Positions 7,687 to 18,323 of a stretch of 27,623 nucleotides of DNA are shown here, in pieces (the stretch's first letter is position 1; the number at the start of each line of letters is the position of its first letter). The stretch is from an uncultured Candidatus Saccharibacteria bacterium (GTDB taxonomy: Bacteria; Patescibacteriota; Minisyncoccia; Phycocordibacterales; PALSA-1337), in the NCBI GenBank assembly GCA_964630815.1, contig CAZVXQ010000001.1:1-27623 (forward strand), written 5' to 3'. The notes below the pieces were generated by a model. That model worked only from the letters and a program-made list of their open reading frames with translations, was not told the origin of the DNA and ran no database searches. The position numbers were made by a program, and so were the translations under genes.

Positions 7687-10565
7687 TATTTTGTCAGTTC
7701 AGTCAATTTAGATCTTGTTTTTGGACCAACTATACCATAACCTGGATCTTGCTCAGAATCGACGATTTTATATTTTATCTGTAATTTCTTTATTGCACCA
7801 AGAGTTTTTTCACCAAAAAAACCAGAAATAACCCCTTCTGGATATATATCAGGTAACATTAATAATTTACGCTGTAAAATCCTAACCTGATCGCCAACCG
7901 CACCATATTCTAGATTTAGTTTGATAGAATTATTATCAGATGAATTATCTTCACTTTGAAACATACTTGCCCTCGTTAATGGTCCAAAATTGCCAAATGC
8001 AGGACTAATACCAAACTTAACTTGATATGCCACTAAAGCATTCTTCGTCAGAGGTCCAAAATAGCCAGTATCATAACCTTGAGATAAATAACCAAGATTT
8101 ATTAAAATATTTTGAAATTTTTTTACATCATCACCAGAATTACCCATTATCAGGTCATTTTGTATAAAGTTATTACTAGAAATTTTTTTGACTGGTGAGA
8201 CCGGATTTGCCGACAAACCGAACAATCTTGCATAATAACTTGAATAACCGCCAGAGCTAGAAGAATTCGATGGTGCAGATGATGGAGAAGGAGTAGGTGT
8301 TGGTGTAGGGGTTGGGGTTGAACTTTCTGCCAATGTAGTAGTCGATGATTGTGTCGTTGTGGACCAATTACCGGAAGAATCCCTTACACCAATTTCAAAA
8401 GTATAGCCTGTATTTGGATTCAGACCAGAACTAGTCCAGCTAGAACTAATGCGACCGGAATATATACCAGCGGTAACATTGTGGTATTGATATGGTAAAG
8501 AATCCAAAGCAATGTTATCTGAAGATCCAGTAGAAGAAGCTGTAATACTACTTGATGTTACGTCTGAGTAATTTATCGATCCTGCTGTTGGAGCCACATT
8601 ATCTGGTACGGTATAAACCAATACTGAAGGATTGGTCCAATTTTGAGCATTTGTGACTGTTATATTACTTGAACCTATACTAGAACGATTAATCTTATAT
8701 GAAAATAGTGATGTTCCAGTTGCCATAGTTACTGTTACTGATCCGGTACCACTATATCCATTTGAGGTTACGAATGTGTCCGAGCTATTGCTACTTGTTA
8801 GAGTTATGGTCTGTGTACCGATTGATGCCCAATTTTCTAACATAAGAGTAGTCGAAGCAGAAGCTACATTTGCCTGACCACTAATAGAAGTTGTAGCAGT
8901 AAGATTTAGACCGAGCGCCTTGGCAGCTGCCGTTGCCCACATATTACCTAGAGCCAAAGCTCCGTTTGCATTTGGATGGGTCTGATCAGCTTGTAGAGAG
9001 GTAAGATAATCTTGGAAATAACCGTAGGCCACCTTATCACCCGTAACAATAGTCGAACCATTTACAATGGTATCCAATTTTGCCATATATTGATTTGTCA
9101 AATTTGTCGCTGTTTCATCTGTAGCATTACTATTTGCTCCAGCTGGAATATATGTTGGGTAGTTGATTATAACTTTCGTAAAACCATTTGAAAATAAACT
9201 GCTAATTATACTTGAAATGTTTGATATATAAGTGGTCGAAGAAACGTGATTTGACGTAGCGGCATCGTTTGCACCCAACATGATGATAGCAACAGTTGCC
9301 GGAGGACTAGCAGATTGTGCAGCTGATATTGCTGTATTCAAATATCCAGAACCTGCTCCGGCAAGCCAGTCGGCAGTCTTTGAACCACTATGACCTTGAT
9401 TTAGAACATTTACAGATCTTGTACCATACATATAAGTTAAAGCAGTGTCCATTTTTGATGGAGGATCTTGACCCGCAGAAAGACCGCTTCCATATGTAAT
9501 GCTGTCACCTATTGCAAGAATGCTAAAATTCGATGACATGGAATCTGTGACAGAATTGTTCGTTATTGTTGGATTTTGTAGAGTCAAACCGAGAATCGAT
9601 GTGGTGGCAGTAGAATTTCCAGTATCAGTAACAACTGCCCTATAAAACCACGGACCATTGGAAGGCGGAGTATCTGAGAGAGTGCTATTTGTAGCTCCTG
9701 CTATAGCATAAGTAGACCCAGCAGTAAAACCTCCTGTACTCGATCTATACCACTGATATGAATAAGATAGCGTTCCATTGGAAGCGGTTACAGATAAGTT
9801 GAATGTCGTCGGAGTTGCTGATGTTAAACTTATACTACTAATAGATAGTGGAACTATCTCAACTATATCTGCCGTTGTAATAGATGTAATATGAACACCT
9901 GTAGTTCCATTAACTGCGGCACTACCGGAAAACCAAATACCAGCTTGTCCCCCAACCTGTAATTGAGCTGGTGGAGTTGTGTCGGTGTAAGTTATAACAT
10001 CTGTACCATTCACAGTCACCGTTATGATAGGGGTTGATACTCCAACAACTTTTGCTACAAAAGTGGGCGATCCACTAGCCCATGCATAATTGTAAGTCGC
10101 AACCGCACTTCCAAGAGTGCCATTCAATTCTTTGTATACTTGAAATGCATGATTGACTCTGTTGTAAATCACAATATAACCATATTTACCATCACTACTT
10201 GAACGCAGAAATACGCCAGCATTATCGCCAACATCAGTTAAAAATGACATTGGGGCCGAAATACTATAGTCTGTTCCTGTTGGAGCCCAATTTGATAGAT
10301 ACAAGATTGCTGGTTGTGCAGTTGAAGAATATATCGTATGAGTTCCGGATCCACTGTTATAAATAGTAATTTCACCAGCACTCCAATTACTTGCTTTTGA
10401 CCAAGTATGTCCAGAATCACTTGTGTGAGCAGACAAAGCAGTGCCGTTTGTATCGTTAAAAGTATCACTAAGTACTGCCGCGTGAATTATTGAAGGTAAA
10501 CCAAAAAAGAATGATAAAACTATGACACCTACAAAAAAAGATCTATAAGAAAACTTAAGTTTCAT
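7686..10565 (-). CDS. Secreted modular protein: lectin-like beta-sandwich, FN3, SGNH/GDSL esterase, FN3, Pro/Thr linker, two peptidoglycan-binding domains
   Basis: Signal peptide (…SIIHAA); SGNH blocks IGDSIT, GHSG, LGAND, DQTHP; PTPTPTP linker; 'L..G..GDDV..(F/L)Q..L…GYFGPLT..AL…Q' repeats. Start placed at MKLKF (10565), 7 nt after an extended -10. Confidence 0.8.
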   Translation of the reverse strand: MKLKFSYRSFFVGVIVLSFFFGLPSIIHAAVLSDTFNDTNGTALSAHTSDSGHTWSKASNWSAGEITIYNSGSGTHTIYSSTAQPAILYLSNWAPTGTDYSISAPMSFLTDVGDNAGVFLRSSSDGKYGYIVIYNRVNHAFQVYKELNGTLGSAVATYNYAWASGSPTFVAKVVGVSTPIITVTVNGTDVITYTDTTPPAQLQVGGQAGIWFSGSAAVNGTTGVHITSITTADIVEIVPLSISSISLTSATPTTFNLSVTASNGTLSYSYQWYRSSTGGFTAGSTYAIAGATNSTLSDTPPSNGPWFYRAVVTDTGNSTATTSILGLTLQNPTITNNSVTDSMSSNFSILAIGDSITYGSGLSAGQDPPSKMDTALTYMYGTRSVNVLNQGHSGSKTADWLAGAGSGYLNTAISAAQSASPPATVAIIMLGANDAATSNHVSSTTYISNISSIISSLFSNGFTKVIINYPTYIPAGANSNATDETATNLTNQYMAKLDTIVNGSTIVTGDKVAYGYFQDYLTSLQADQTHPNANGALALGNMWATAAAKALGLNLTATTSISGQANVASASTTLMLENWASIGTQTITLTSSNSSDTFVTSNGYSGTGSVTVTMATGTSLFSYKINRSSIGSSNITVTNAQNWTNPSVLVYTVPDNVAPTAGSINYSDVTSSSITASSTGSSDNIALDSLPYQYHNVTAGIYSGRISSSWTSSGLNPNTGYTFEIGVRDSSGNWSTTTQSSTTTLAESSTPTPTPTPTPSPSSAPSNSSSSGGYSSYYARLFGLSANPVSPVKKISSNNFIQNDLIMGNSGDDVKKFQNILINLGYLSQGYDTGYFGPLTKNALVAYQVKFGISPAFGNFGPLTRASMFQSEDNSSDNNSIKLNLEYGAVGDQVRILQRKLLMLPDIYPEGVISGFFGEKTLGAIKKLQIKYKIVDSEQDPGYGIVGPKTRSKLTELTK

Positions 10566-10614
10566 TATGCACATTTTATCATCAAATTTTATTGACGCAA
10601 ACGATTGAGTCTTA

Positions 10615-11208
10615 TTATAAAGTTGAGCCTACACAATAATACTTGAAGTTTGCATCACAAGCAGTATTACCGGTAGCTTGAGCATCCAAAAAAGTACCTG
10701 TAATAGAATTGCTTAATAATGCTGGACCTTCTAGATAAAATCTAATCTTGTAGCTTTTTTTATCTGCAGACACCACATAGCCATAACTATATTGATAATC
10801 AGAAGCTGTTTTGTACAATGGATCCTGAATAGAACAACCATAATAGATTGGTCCTCCACCAACAGCAGCATATGCGATGTTTAGAAGAGAAAAATATGGT
10901 GACATTGGCTCTTTGGAGATGGTTGCCTTAATTAGGTTTTCAGAATTAAGAGGTGTAATCATATCTACCCAATTATGAGGAATACTTTCATCAAAAGCTG
11001 GTGCAACCGTATTGTCAGGATAAACACCATGATTGAGATAGTATAATGCCAAAGCTTTTTGAACTTCTTTTATTTGAGTTATTCTTTGCGCATCGCGACC
11101 TTTTGCCTTTGCACCTTCTAGAGCCACAAGGACGGTAGAAGAAAGAACTGAAACGATAGAAATAACAACTAACAATTCAATAAGCGTAAAACCTTTATTT
11201 TTATTCAT
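10615..11208 (-). CDS. Type IV pilin / pseudopilin-like protein
   Basis: Class III signal KG|FTLIELLVVISIVSVL (F1, E5), ARDAQRITQIKEVQKALALYY helix, C-terminal Cys pair. Confidence 0.88.
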   Translation of the reverse strand: MNKNKGFTLIELLVVISIVSVLSSTVLVALEGAKAKGRDAQRITQIKEVQKALALYYLNHGVYPDNTVAPAFDESIPHNWVDMITPLNSENLIKATISKEPMSPYFSLLNIAYAAVGGGPIYYGCSIQDPLYKTASDYQYSYGYVVSADKKSYKIRFYLEGPALLSNSITGTFLDAQATGNTACDANFKYYCVGSTL

Positions 11209-11242
11209 TGCTATATTATAACATTAATAATCAATTATAATT

Positions 11243-14200
11243 TTATTTAATAAATTTTGATATCATTGCTCTTGTTTTTGGACCAAAATACCCTACCGCT
11301 GGATAAATATTATTAGCAACCTGGAATTTTATAAGAGCCTTCTGAGTCAAATTCCCAAAATAATCTGACTCCTTACCGAATGAACCATCACCCGACACTG
11401 AAATAATAAAACCATTAGCATTCAATACTTTTTGTAAATTTCTAACATCTTCCCCTCGACTTCCGATACTAAGGTCTTTATTAAATATGAAGGATCTCGA
11501 TACCGGTGCGGGATTTACAATCTTTGATACAACTGGAATACAAACAATCGAGCTAATTTTCTTGTTTAACTCATTAACTTTAGCTCGCGTTGCTCTTCCA
11601 AAATAACCGTTTCCAACACTTAGACCCGACGGCTTCAAAACTGAAGCAAAATGAAAATTCTGAAACTTTATTAGAGCCTGCTTGGTTGCTGGACCAAAAT
11701 AAGTAGTCTCCTTACCTTTTGAACCATCACCAGATACAGCTATCAAATATCCGGAATTATTTAAGAATTTTTGAAGTTCACGCACATCCTCGCCCTTAAT
11801 GTTTTGATATAGATCTCTAGTAAACACAAAACCAGAAGTCAAAACAGTATTTAAACAATTTGTTGACAATAGATTTGTTGAAGTAGATAAATACGCACTT
11901 GAAGTAGCACTTACAAATAACGTAGATATACTAGAACCACCGCCTCCTCCGCCACCACCTCCACCTCCTCCTCCAGATGAAGATCCACTAGATGAATTCG
12001 ATGAGGTGGTAAAAGTATAATCATTAGAATACGATGTATTTGAAAATGCATCCTTTGAGACCACTCGATAATGATAAAGAGTAGATGCAGACAAACCAGA
12101 TAACACGACAGAGTGAGACGTAACCATCGAAGTATTTAAAGTGGTAGAGGATGTATAAGAAGAAGTCAAACCGTATTCTACCTGAGAATCAGATGTCTCA
12201 TCAGTTGACCATGTTATCGTAGCTCCGGAAGTAGATAAACTACCAGCAGAAACAGAAGATACGACAGGAGCCACTATATCTGATCCTATTGAAAATGTCC
12301 TTGTGACGGTATCAGAAATATTGCCCGCCTCATCTTTTGATTTAACTTCAAAACTGTAGGCTCCTTGAGATAAATTTGAGTAATCAGCAACTGTACTTGC
12401 TGTCCATGATGACCATGTTGAATATGGATCTAAACGATAAGAATAAAGTAGTGCATTTGGATTTGTACCCGTTGCAGCCACGGTCTGTTCCTCGTCAAGA
12501 TCACCTGCTTCTGGTATCGATGTATCATCAATAGCAAACCAAGTAATCCTTATATTGTCATTTGAATTATCATCAACCACACTCCTTGGCGCATTAGCAA
12601 TAACAACATTCGGCTTAGTTGTATCAGATCTAGAAGACAAAGATCCTGCCAATATTGCAGATCTAAAGGTTGAAGTAGAGATATTATTTCCAACTATATA
12701 AATTGGTGTTCGTCCGATCGGGAAAATTCCTTCTTGAACCGATAGACTATTACCCATTAGATCATAGACCTGATAGTTTGAAGCTAATAATGAAGTTGAT
12801 AAGTTTTTATTGCTCAAATCTTTTGTCCAGATAGCAAGTGTTGGAATACTATTTCTTTCAAAGAGAAAAGCAAAAACTTGGGAATCGATACTCAAATCAC
12901 CCCACGTCGTTGAATAATCAATAAAATTACCAGCAATTGCATAAGCTATGCCTTTGAATGAAACACTATCATCTACATTGATAAAAGTCGGTTGACTAGA
13001 AAAAGGTGAGTCAGTAATTCTTGAATCATAATAATAATACTTAGTCATACCCCCACCGATACTCTGTATAAAATTTTGTACGACTGCCTCAGGTTTTTTT
13101 AGAGAATTACGATAAAAGTTTTCTGCATCTTTATAAGGATAAATTTGTCTTCCAATGACTGCATATCTAGAATATGGACCGACAAAAGAACCAAAATCCC
13201 ATGCACCTGTTTCGGTATTCCATACTGGCATCGAATATGGAGTTATTATCTCAGTCCCAGCAGTTTCTGCTGGTGTACCACCGGGATAAGCGTGTGTAGA
13301 AAAAGCATCGATATGTGTTCGCCAATCCCAAGCTGGATATTGTGATTCTAAGCTTGCCACAACATCTTCCATAAAACTATAAGGTGTTCCTCCCATAGCT
13401 ACTATCTTTGCTGTTGGATCGACAGATTCTATTTCATCAACTGCGGTTTTCAACATCTGAGCATAATATGAAGCAGACCAATGAAAGTTTGGTTCATTTT
13501 CTATTTCCCAATACTTAACCCATGTCTTGTAGTGATCAACGGTGCTATGAATATAATTTGCCCACTTAGTAAGATTTGGATAGCCATTTTCTTCAGCGGC
13601 ATAGCTTGGCACTGAATATATATCGAGCGTACCGAGCAAAACAACTCCACTATTGTAAATTTGAGTTATAACATCATCATACCAATTAAAGTTATTTTCT
13701 GTTGGCTCAATGAAATACCAACGGAAAAAATCTGCTGTACTAAGACTTCTTGCATTATTTATACCCAGTCTTTTTATTAAAGATAATTGATAATCAGAAA
13801 TATTTGTGTGAGTACCCATAAAAGAAGATGTTGCGGTGCCTGATATAGGTCTTGGAACTATAGAATATGACATTTCCTTATCGCTCAAATTTTGTCCAGA
13901 AACCCAATAGACAATTCGAAAGGCGCCAAGCTTATTTGTATCAAGATCAACAGTTTGGGTTTTTATTTCTCCAGGAGACAAATCAACACTAAAGTTCGAT
14001 GATTTTACAGTGGAATTTTTGTAATCAAAAACATCGTAATATACTGTTCTTGTCACTGCTGTTGAAGATGAGTTATAGATTGTCATAGAACCAGACAGAG
14101 TATCGTCTTCATAAAAGATATTCCCTTCTTTATCGGTATGTAGACCAAGCTCAACAGTACAACAAGGTGCATAATCTGAAATTAACCCCTCCTCAAGTTG

Positions 14201-16879
14201 AATATCATCGATCCATACACTCGTATCGCCACCATTAACGAATATTTTTATTTTGTATTCAGATGATGGGTATTGCAAAGCATAACCACTCACACTAAAT
14301 CTTTGCCATGAACTATTAACTGTCCCTGTAGTATCAAATTTACGAGTATCTGAATAGCTATTGATCAAACCATAGGTTATTGACGCGGTTTGACCAGATG
14401 CGGTCTTGGCCCAAAATGACAAAGTGTATTTTTTATTTGGATTGAGATGGTATGGCTTCGAATGAACTATTTGATATATCGCATTTGTTGTTGTACCTAC
14501 CCTATTTTTTACCAGTCTCATACTTGAGCTACCCGAATATGAAACAGACTGATCCCAAGCATCACTAAAAGGTACGAAATAATAAACTCCCTGAGTTGCA
14601 GATGTTCTACTTAGAATAGACCAATCAGCAAAAACTCCAACTTCAAATCCACTATTCTGTATTAGATTGCCTTTATTGGCAGTACTATCGTCCATGACGG
14701 TCGGATACAGGGAATTTATTACAACATCTGTATCAGAAACCATTTCATTTGGGTTATCTGTTATATAAATTCCATAAAGCAAAGCATTTTCTGTTGTAAG
14801 TCCGCCCTCAGTCCTATTTGTCGTAATAACTATATAATCAGCACTTTCCGATGTTGTAATACTCCCAAGTGAAGTCCATAATCCGTCTTCATCTGAAGCA
14901 TTAGGTACAGTAATACTAGTTGAGGCATTGGCAAGGCTTGCATGATAACCACCAGGAGAAGTTCCCTTTACAAAAACATAGTACGTTCCAGCGTTAAGTG
15001 TTTTATTCAAATTCACAACCATATCTAGCTTTGACAATCCGGTACGAATACCACAGACATAATATGGTGTAGTGTAATAGCAACCACTTCTAGTCTGCTG
15101 AGAAACATCTAAACCACTATTCATGATTGCTAAATTACCATCAAACGTTCCTGCTGGATCTGCAAAATCTTGAGACACCTGTTCACTCATCTTCTCGATT
15201 CGTACTTTATCAAATTTTATATTGGCAGTTCCACCATAAATCACTAAAGTATGATTTCCTGGCGACAAGTTTTGAAGACCGGTGCTCGATTCCGTCCAGT
15301 AAAGAGTTCTCCATTCATAACCACTAGTTGCTTCACCGATAAAATAGCTTCTGGTCGGTGTATCTCCATCAACGCTAGCATATACATCAAAATCAAATCC
15401 TGCATCAACCATCATATCAATAACATAGTTATCTGTATCCGTAACATTAAAATAATAAGTCATCGTGCCACTATTGTCAGGATCTGTGGTAGCTACAGAA
15501 GAAGATACGTATGTACCATTATCTACAAATGTTGAAGTAATTTCGGAATCTTCTGACTCGATAATAATACCTCCGGCAGAATATGTTGAAATCGAAGCGG
15601 TAGTCAATATATATTCTGACGATGTTGCAATATTTTGAGATGAATCTCCGGAAACAACAACATAATAATATCTAGTACCAGCGGTTAAACCTGACGCTTG
15701 AAGTGAATGATTTGTTGTTAACGTACCGCTGTATACAGACGAAGAATAGTTACCACTACTTATACCGTATGCCACCTTAGATGTAGCAGATTCATTAGTG
15801 GTCCATGAAAATGTCGCTATAGTCTGTGAAGACGAACTTGCAACACTCGATATTGTTGGGGCGGTCTCATCAAGTGCGGAAGTAGTGAAAGTATAATCAG
15901 ACGATGATTGCTGATTACCATTTGGATCAGCAGACACTACTTGGTAGTGATATGTTGTTGACGGAGACAGATTGGTAAGACCCAAAGAGTGGTTGAAAAC
16001 ATATGATGTTGAGGTTGTAGAGAGGCCATATCCGGATGTGAGCCCATAATTTACTGTTGAACTAGATACCTTATCTGTAATCCAATTTACAGTTGCCACA
16101 ACAGAATCTGCAGATGAACTTATCGACGATATGGCTGGAGCAGTTACACTACTTCCTGCAGTATACAATTCAGCAATTTCCGACGAATTTAATACGCGAT
16201 TGTATATTCGAACATCGTCGATAGTAGCCTCGCCGTAATCGGATGTGCTTCTTGCTAAATATCTAACCGAAGGTGTACCTGTCCAAACCCCCAAATTTGT
16301 GCTATTAGAAGCACCTGAAGCACCATCAAAATAATACTTAACCACTTCTGATGACTTCGAAAAAGTCATTGATAACATATGCCAACCATTTGGATCAGTC
16401 ATAGATTTTGATCCTTGTTCCAAAGTATTATTTGCATTATATCTCCATAATAGATTGTTGAAATTTGATTTTGATATTGATATATAATTTTGTGCATCGA
16501 CATAGATATGAATGAATGTTTCTGAAGTCGAATTATTCCAATTTGCATTTACCCACATCGATATAGTACCTTCTGAAAAATCGCTTCCGAACCCAGTTAG
16601 AGAAAAAGTTCCATAGTTGGAGTTTCCATCAAAATACAATCCTCCACCAGTCTTACCGCTTACCCATGTTGCCCCACTAATACTTCCATTGTTAGAATTG
16701 CCACTTAGGTCGTTAATGGTAGTGCCAGAACCCTCCTCGAACTGCCATGTTCCAACTAGATTTGTCAAAAGAGACGCTGATGCAAAATCAGGAATCAATA
16801 GACATGATAAAAATACAAAGAATATCAATATATAATTATTCCAATCCAAACCTGATTTCTTTTTAGGAAAAGTCTTCAT
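11243..16879 (-). CDS. 1878-aa secreted modular glycoside hydrolase: LamG, FN3-like repeats, CBM-like modules, clan GH-A (GH39/GH5-like) barrel, FN3, Gly/Ser linker, two peptidoglycan-binding domains
   Basis: LamG (LVGTWQFEEGSG…IDDVRIYNRVL); CBM4/9-like (NLIQNSGFE…WIDDIQLEEG); catalytic YWEIENEP and VWNTETG; poly-Gly linker; two 'GEDVR.LQ..LN…YFG..T..AL.KFQ' repeats. Confidence 0.8.
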   Translation of the reverse strand: MKTFPKKKSGLDWNNYILIFFVFLSCLLIPDFASASLLTNLVGTWQFEEGSGTTINDLSGNSNNGSISGATWVSGKTGGGLYFDGNSNYGTFSLTGFGSDFSEGTISMWVNANWNNSTSETFIHIYVDAQNYISISKSNFNNLLWRYNANNTLEQGSKSMTDPNGWHMLSMTFSKSSEVVKYYFDGASGASNSTNLGVWTGTPSVRYLARSTSDYGEATIDDVRIYNRVLNSSEIAELYTAGSSVTAPAISSISSSADSVVATVNWITDKVSSSTVNYGLTSGYGLSTTSTSYVFNHSLGLTNLSPSTTYHYQVVSADPNGNQQSSSDYTFTTSALDETAPTISSVASSSSQTIATFSWTTNESATSKVAYGISSGNYSSSVYSGTLTTNHSLQASGLTAGTRYYYVVVSGDSSQNIATSSEYILTTASISTYSAGGIIIESEDSEITSTFVDNGTYVSSSVATTDPDNSGTMTYYFNVTDTDNYVIDMMVDAGFDFDVYASVDGDTPTRSYFIGEATSGYEWRTLYWTESSTGLQNLSPGNHTLVIYGGTANIKFDKVRIEKMSEQVSQDFADPAGTFDGNLAIMNSGLDVSQQTRSGCYYTTPYYVCGIRTGLSKLDMVVNLNKTLNAGTYYVFVKGTSPGGYHASLANASTSITVPNASDEDGLWTSLGSITTSESADYIVITTNRTEGGLTTENALLYGIYITDNPNEMVSDTDVVINSLYPTVMDDSTANKGNLIQNSGFEVGVFADWSILSRTSATQGVYYFVPFSDAWDQSVSYSGSSSMRLVKNRVGTTTNAIYQIVHSKPYHLNPNKKYTLSFWAKTASGQTASITYGLINSYSDTRKFDTTGTVNSSWQRFSVSGYALQYPSSEYKIKIFVNGGDTSVWIDDIQLEEGLISDYAPCCTVELGLHTDKEGNIFYEDDTLSGSMTIYNSSSTAVTRTVYYDVFDYKNSTVKSSNFSVDLSPGEIKTQTVDLDTNKLGAFRIVYWVSGQNLSDKEMSYSIVPRPISGTATSSFMGTHTNISDYQLSLIKRLGINNARSLSTADFFRWYFIEPTENNFNWYDDVITQIYNSGVVLLGTLDIYSVPSYAAEENGYPNLTKWANYIHSTVDHYKTWVKYWEIENEPNFHWSASYYAQMLKTAVDEIESVDPTAKIVAMGGTPYSFMEDVVASLESQYPAWDWRTHIDAFSTHAYPGGTPAETAGTEIITPYSMPVWNTETGAWDFGSFVGPYSRYAVIGRQIYPYKDAENFYRNSLKKPEAVVQNFIQSIGGGMTKYYYYDSRITDSPFSSQPTFINVDDSVSFKGIAYAIAGNFIDYSTTWGDLSIDSQVFAFLFERNSIPTLAIWTKDLSNKNLSTSLLASNYQVYDLMGNSLSVQEGIFPIGRTPIYIVGNNISTSTFRSAILAGSLSSRSDTTKPNVVIANAPRSVVDDNSNDNIRITWFAIDDTSIPEAGDLDEEQTVAATGTNPNALLYSYRLDPYSTWSSWTASTVADYSNLSQGAYSFEVKSKDEAGNISDTVTRTFSIGSDIVAPVVSSVSAGSLSTSGATITWSTDETSDSQVEYGLTSSYTSSTTLNTSMVTSHSVVLSGLSASTLYHYRVVSKDAFSNTSYSNDYTFTTSSNSSSGSSSGGGGGGGGGGGGGSSISTLFVSATSSAYLSTSTNLLSTNCLNTVLTSGFVFTRDLYQNIKGEDVRELQKFLNNSGYLIAVSGDGSKGKETTYFGPATKQALIKFQNFHFASVLKPSGLSVGNGYFGRATRAKVNELNKKISSIVCIPVVSKIVNPAPVSRSFIFNKDLSIGSRGEDVRNLQKVLNANGFIISVSGDGSFGKESDYFGNLTQKALIKFQVANNIYPAVGYFGPKTRAMISKFIK

Positions 16880-16932
16880 GCTTTCATGCGGTTAACTTTA
16901 ATTATACAACCTATTTGGATTATAAACTTGAA

Positions 16933-17331
16933 TTATAAACACTTATCTGAAGAAAAATCGTTATGTCCTCTACCTTCATAACATTTGTACGTCTGACTAA
17001 TATCTCCAAAAATCCAATTACCATCTATATATTCAACCGAAGCGATTTTGCGCATTGCTGAAACTGAATCATCTCTTAATCCGGAATATATCGCTACAAT
17101 ATATGAGATACCGTCTTTTGTATAAGTTACGATATTCAAATCTGAACAATCCATTTCACGACAATCACCCCATTCCCTTTTTACCAAATTACGTGCTTGA
17201 TCTAAAGACAAGTCTAACTCAGAAGTAAATTGGTCAGTAACGGTTGGAACAACAACACTGCGAGTAGAAAATGTAAAGTAGCCTATTATCGTCAATATAC
17301 TAATTGTTAATAAAATTTTCAGATCTTTCAT
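16933..17331 (-). CDS. Small exported hypothetical protein
   Basis: N-terminal signal/TM; GLRDDSV and C-terminal CYEGRGHNDFSSDKC motif. Confidence 0.7.
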   Translation of the reverse strand: MKDLKILLTISILTIIGYFTFSTRSVVVPTVTDQFTSELDLSLDQARNLVKREWGDCREMDCSDLNIVTYTKDGISYIVAIYSGLRDDSVSAMRKIASVEYIDGNWIFGDISQTYKCYEGRGHNDFSSDKCL

Positions 17332-17374
17332 ACACTATATTATTACAAAAAATTATTGACATAGCTATGACAAT

Positions 17375-17410
17375 GGGGAGTCGAAGCTTACAGCTTCGGT
17401 ACAGGTTTCG
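17375..17410 (+). repeat. 36-bp perfect direct repeat, copy 1
   Basis: GGGGAGTCGAAGCTTACAGCTTCGGTACAGGTTTCG, identical to 21415-21450. Confidence 0.92.
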
Positions 17411-17463
17411 TTAGGTATCAGAATCAGAGTAATACTTCTATATATTTTTTAAAGCAAATGTTT

Positions 17464-17495
17464 AACCCCGCACATGCTTTCGCAAATGCGGGGTT
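17464..17495. terminator. Hairpin after the 17514-17891 ORF
   Basis: AACCCCGCA / TGCGGGGTT 9-bp inverted repeat. Confidence 0.55.
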
Positions 17496-17513
17496 TCGGA
17501 AATCTTCAAGAGG

Positions 17514-17891
17514 TCATTCCGTTTGACCACTGCCATCTTCACACTTTCGCTGTCTACGTCGATCTCCACCGATCCAGCGACCTTCCTTATCGCGCAGGCC
17601 GGTGTCCATTTCGGACTGCCACCGTGCAATATGCACCTCCAGTGGCGTATTCAGCCATCTCTCAAGCGCACGCCGATCCTCAATCGACAGCTCTCCCGAG
17701 AGTACGTTATCGGTGGAAGGAGCGTAAACTGTCCACCCATCATCTTCCTCAATGATGTACGAACCCTCAAATCGCGCCGCACATTTGCATGCGGCCTCAT
17801 AGGGGGTTCCATCCTCGGGTCGAAGACAGGAACGACAATTGCGGCCAAAGAAGGCGGCATCCTCATATCCTTCTGGCGGGATATGGCTCAC
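17514..17891 (-). CDS. GC-rich hypothetical protein
   Basis: AAAGGA SD 5 nt before a GTG start; followed by a hairpin; visibly GC-richer than its flanks. Competing overlapping frames exist. Confidence 0.5.
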   Translation of the reverse strand: MSHIPPEGYEDAAFFGRNCRSCLRPEDGTPYEAACKCAARFEGSYIIEEDDGWTVYAPSTDNVLSGELSIEDRRALERWLNTPLEVHIARWQSEMDTGLRDKEGRWIGGDRRRQRKCEDGSGQTE

Positions 17892-18288
17892 ACTGATCCT
17901 TTCTGCTTTTGAGGCAGAAAGAATTGTTGAGCTCTACTTGATTTTATCAATTCAGTCTGCCCCTGTTTGCACAAGAGCTCTATTATGACACTATCACGTA
18001 ATCTAACATTTGTCTAGGTAAACGGGGAGTCGTATACATCAAATGTACTTGTCTAACAATCTATGTATACTTTCATAAATCGTTACGAAGGCAAACTAAT
18101 TTCATAAAGTCTATAATCTGCAATGCTTGCAGTATTTGGTTTTCAGAACTGATGGGTGTTAAGTATTATACAAAATTCGTGCCGCAATCACTAAGTGCTG
18201 TGCTTACTTGATAAAGTGCACAATGTACGCATGTTCACAGCCTTGTATTGACTTTTGGCCTGGATCGTCTATACTAAGGTAGTCATTA

Positions 18289-18315
18289 GAAAACGCCAAC
18301 CTGTGTGGCGTTTTC
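18289..18315. terminator. Terminator hairpin at the end of the NYN remnant
   Basis: GAAAACGCCA-acctgtg-TGGCGTTTTC, 10-bp stem. Confidence 0.6.
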
Positions 18316-18323
18316 CTTTTTAT

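Noticed and set aside
8280-11975. Pro/Thr (about 8280-8320) and poly-Gly (about 11937-11975) low-complexity tracts as DNA repeats or phase-variation sites
   Set aside because: Codons are varied rather than a pure unit repeat; they are explained as protein linkers before the PG-binding domains.
99-16835. Short ORFs antisense to or nested in the long genes (e.g. 99-380, 1749-1943, 2763-2993, 3125-3400, 4596-4802, 8653-8877, 15251-15535, 16617-16835)
   Set aside because: Shadow frames of well-supported genes or of rnpB, with no independent motifs.
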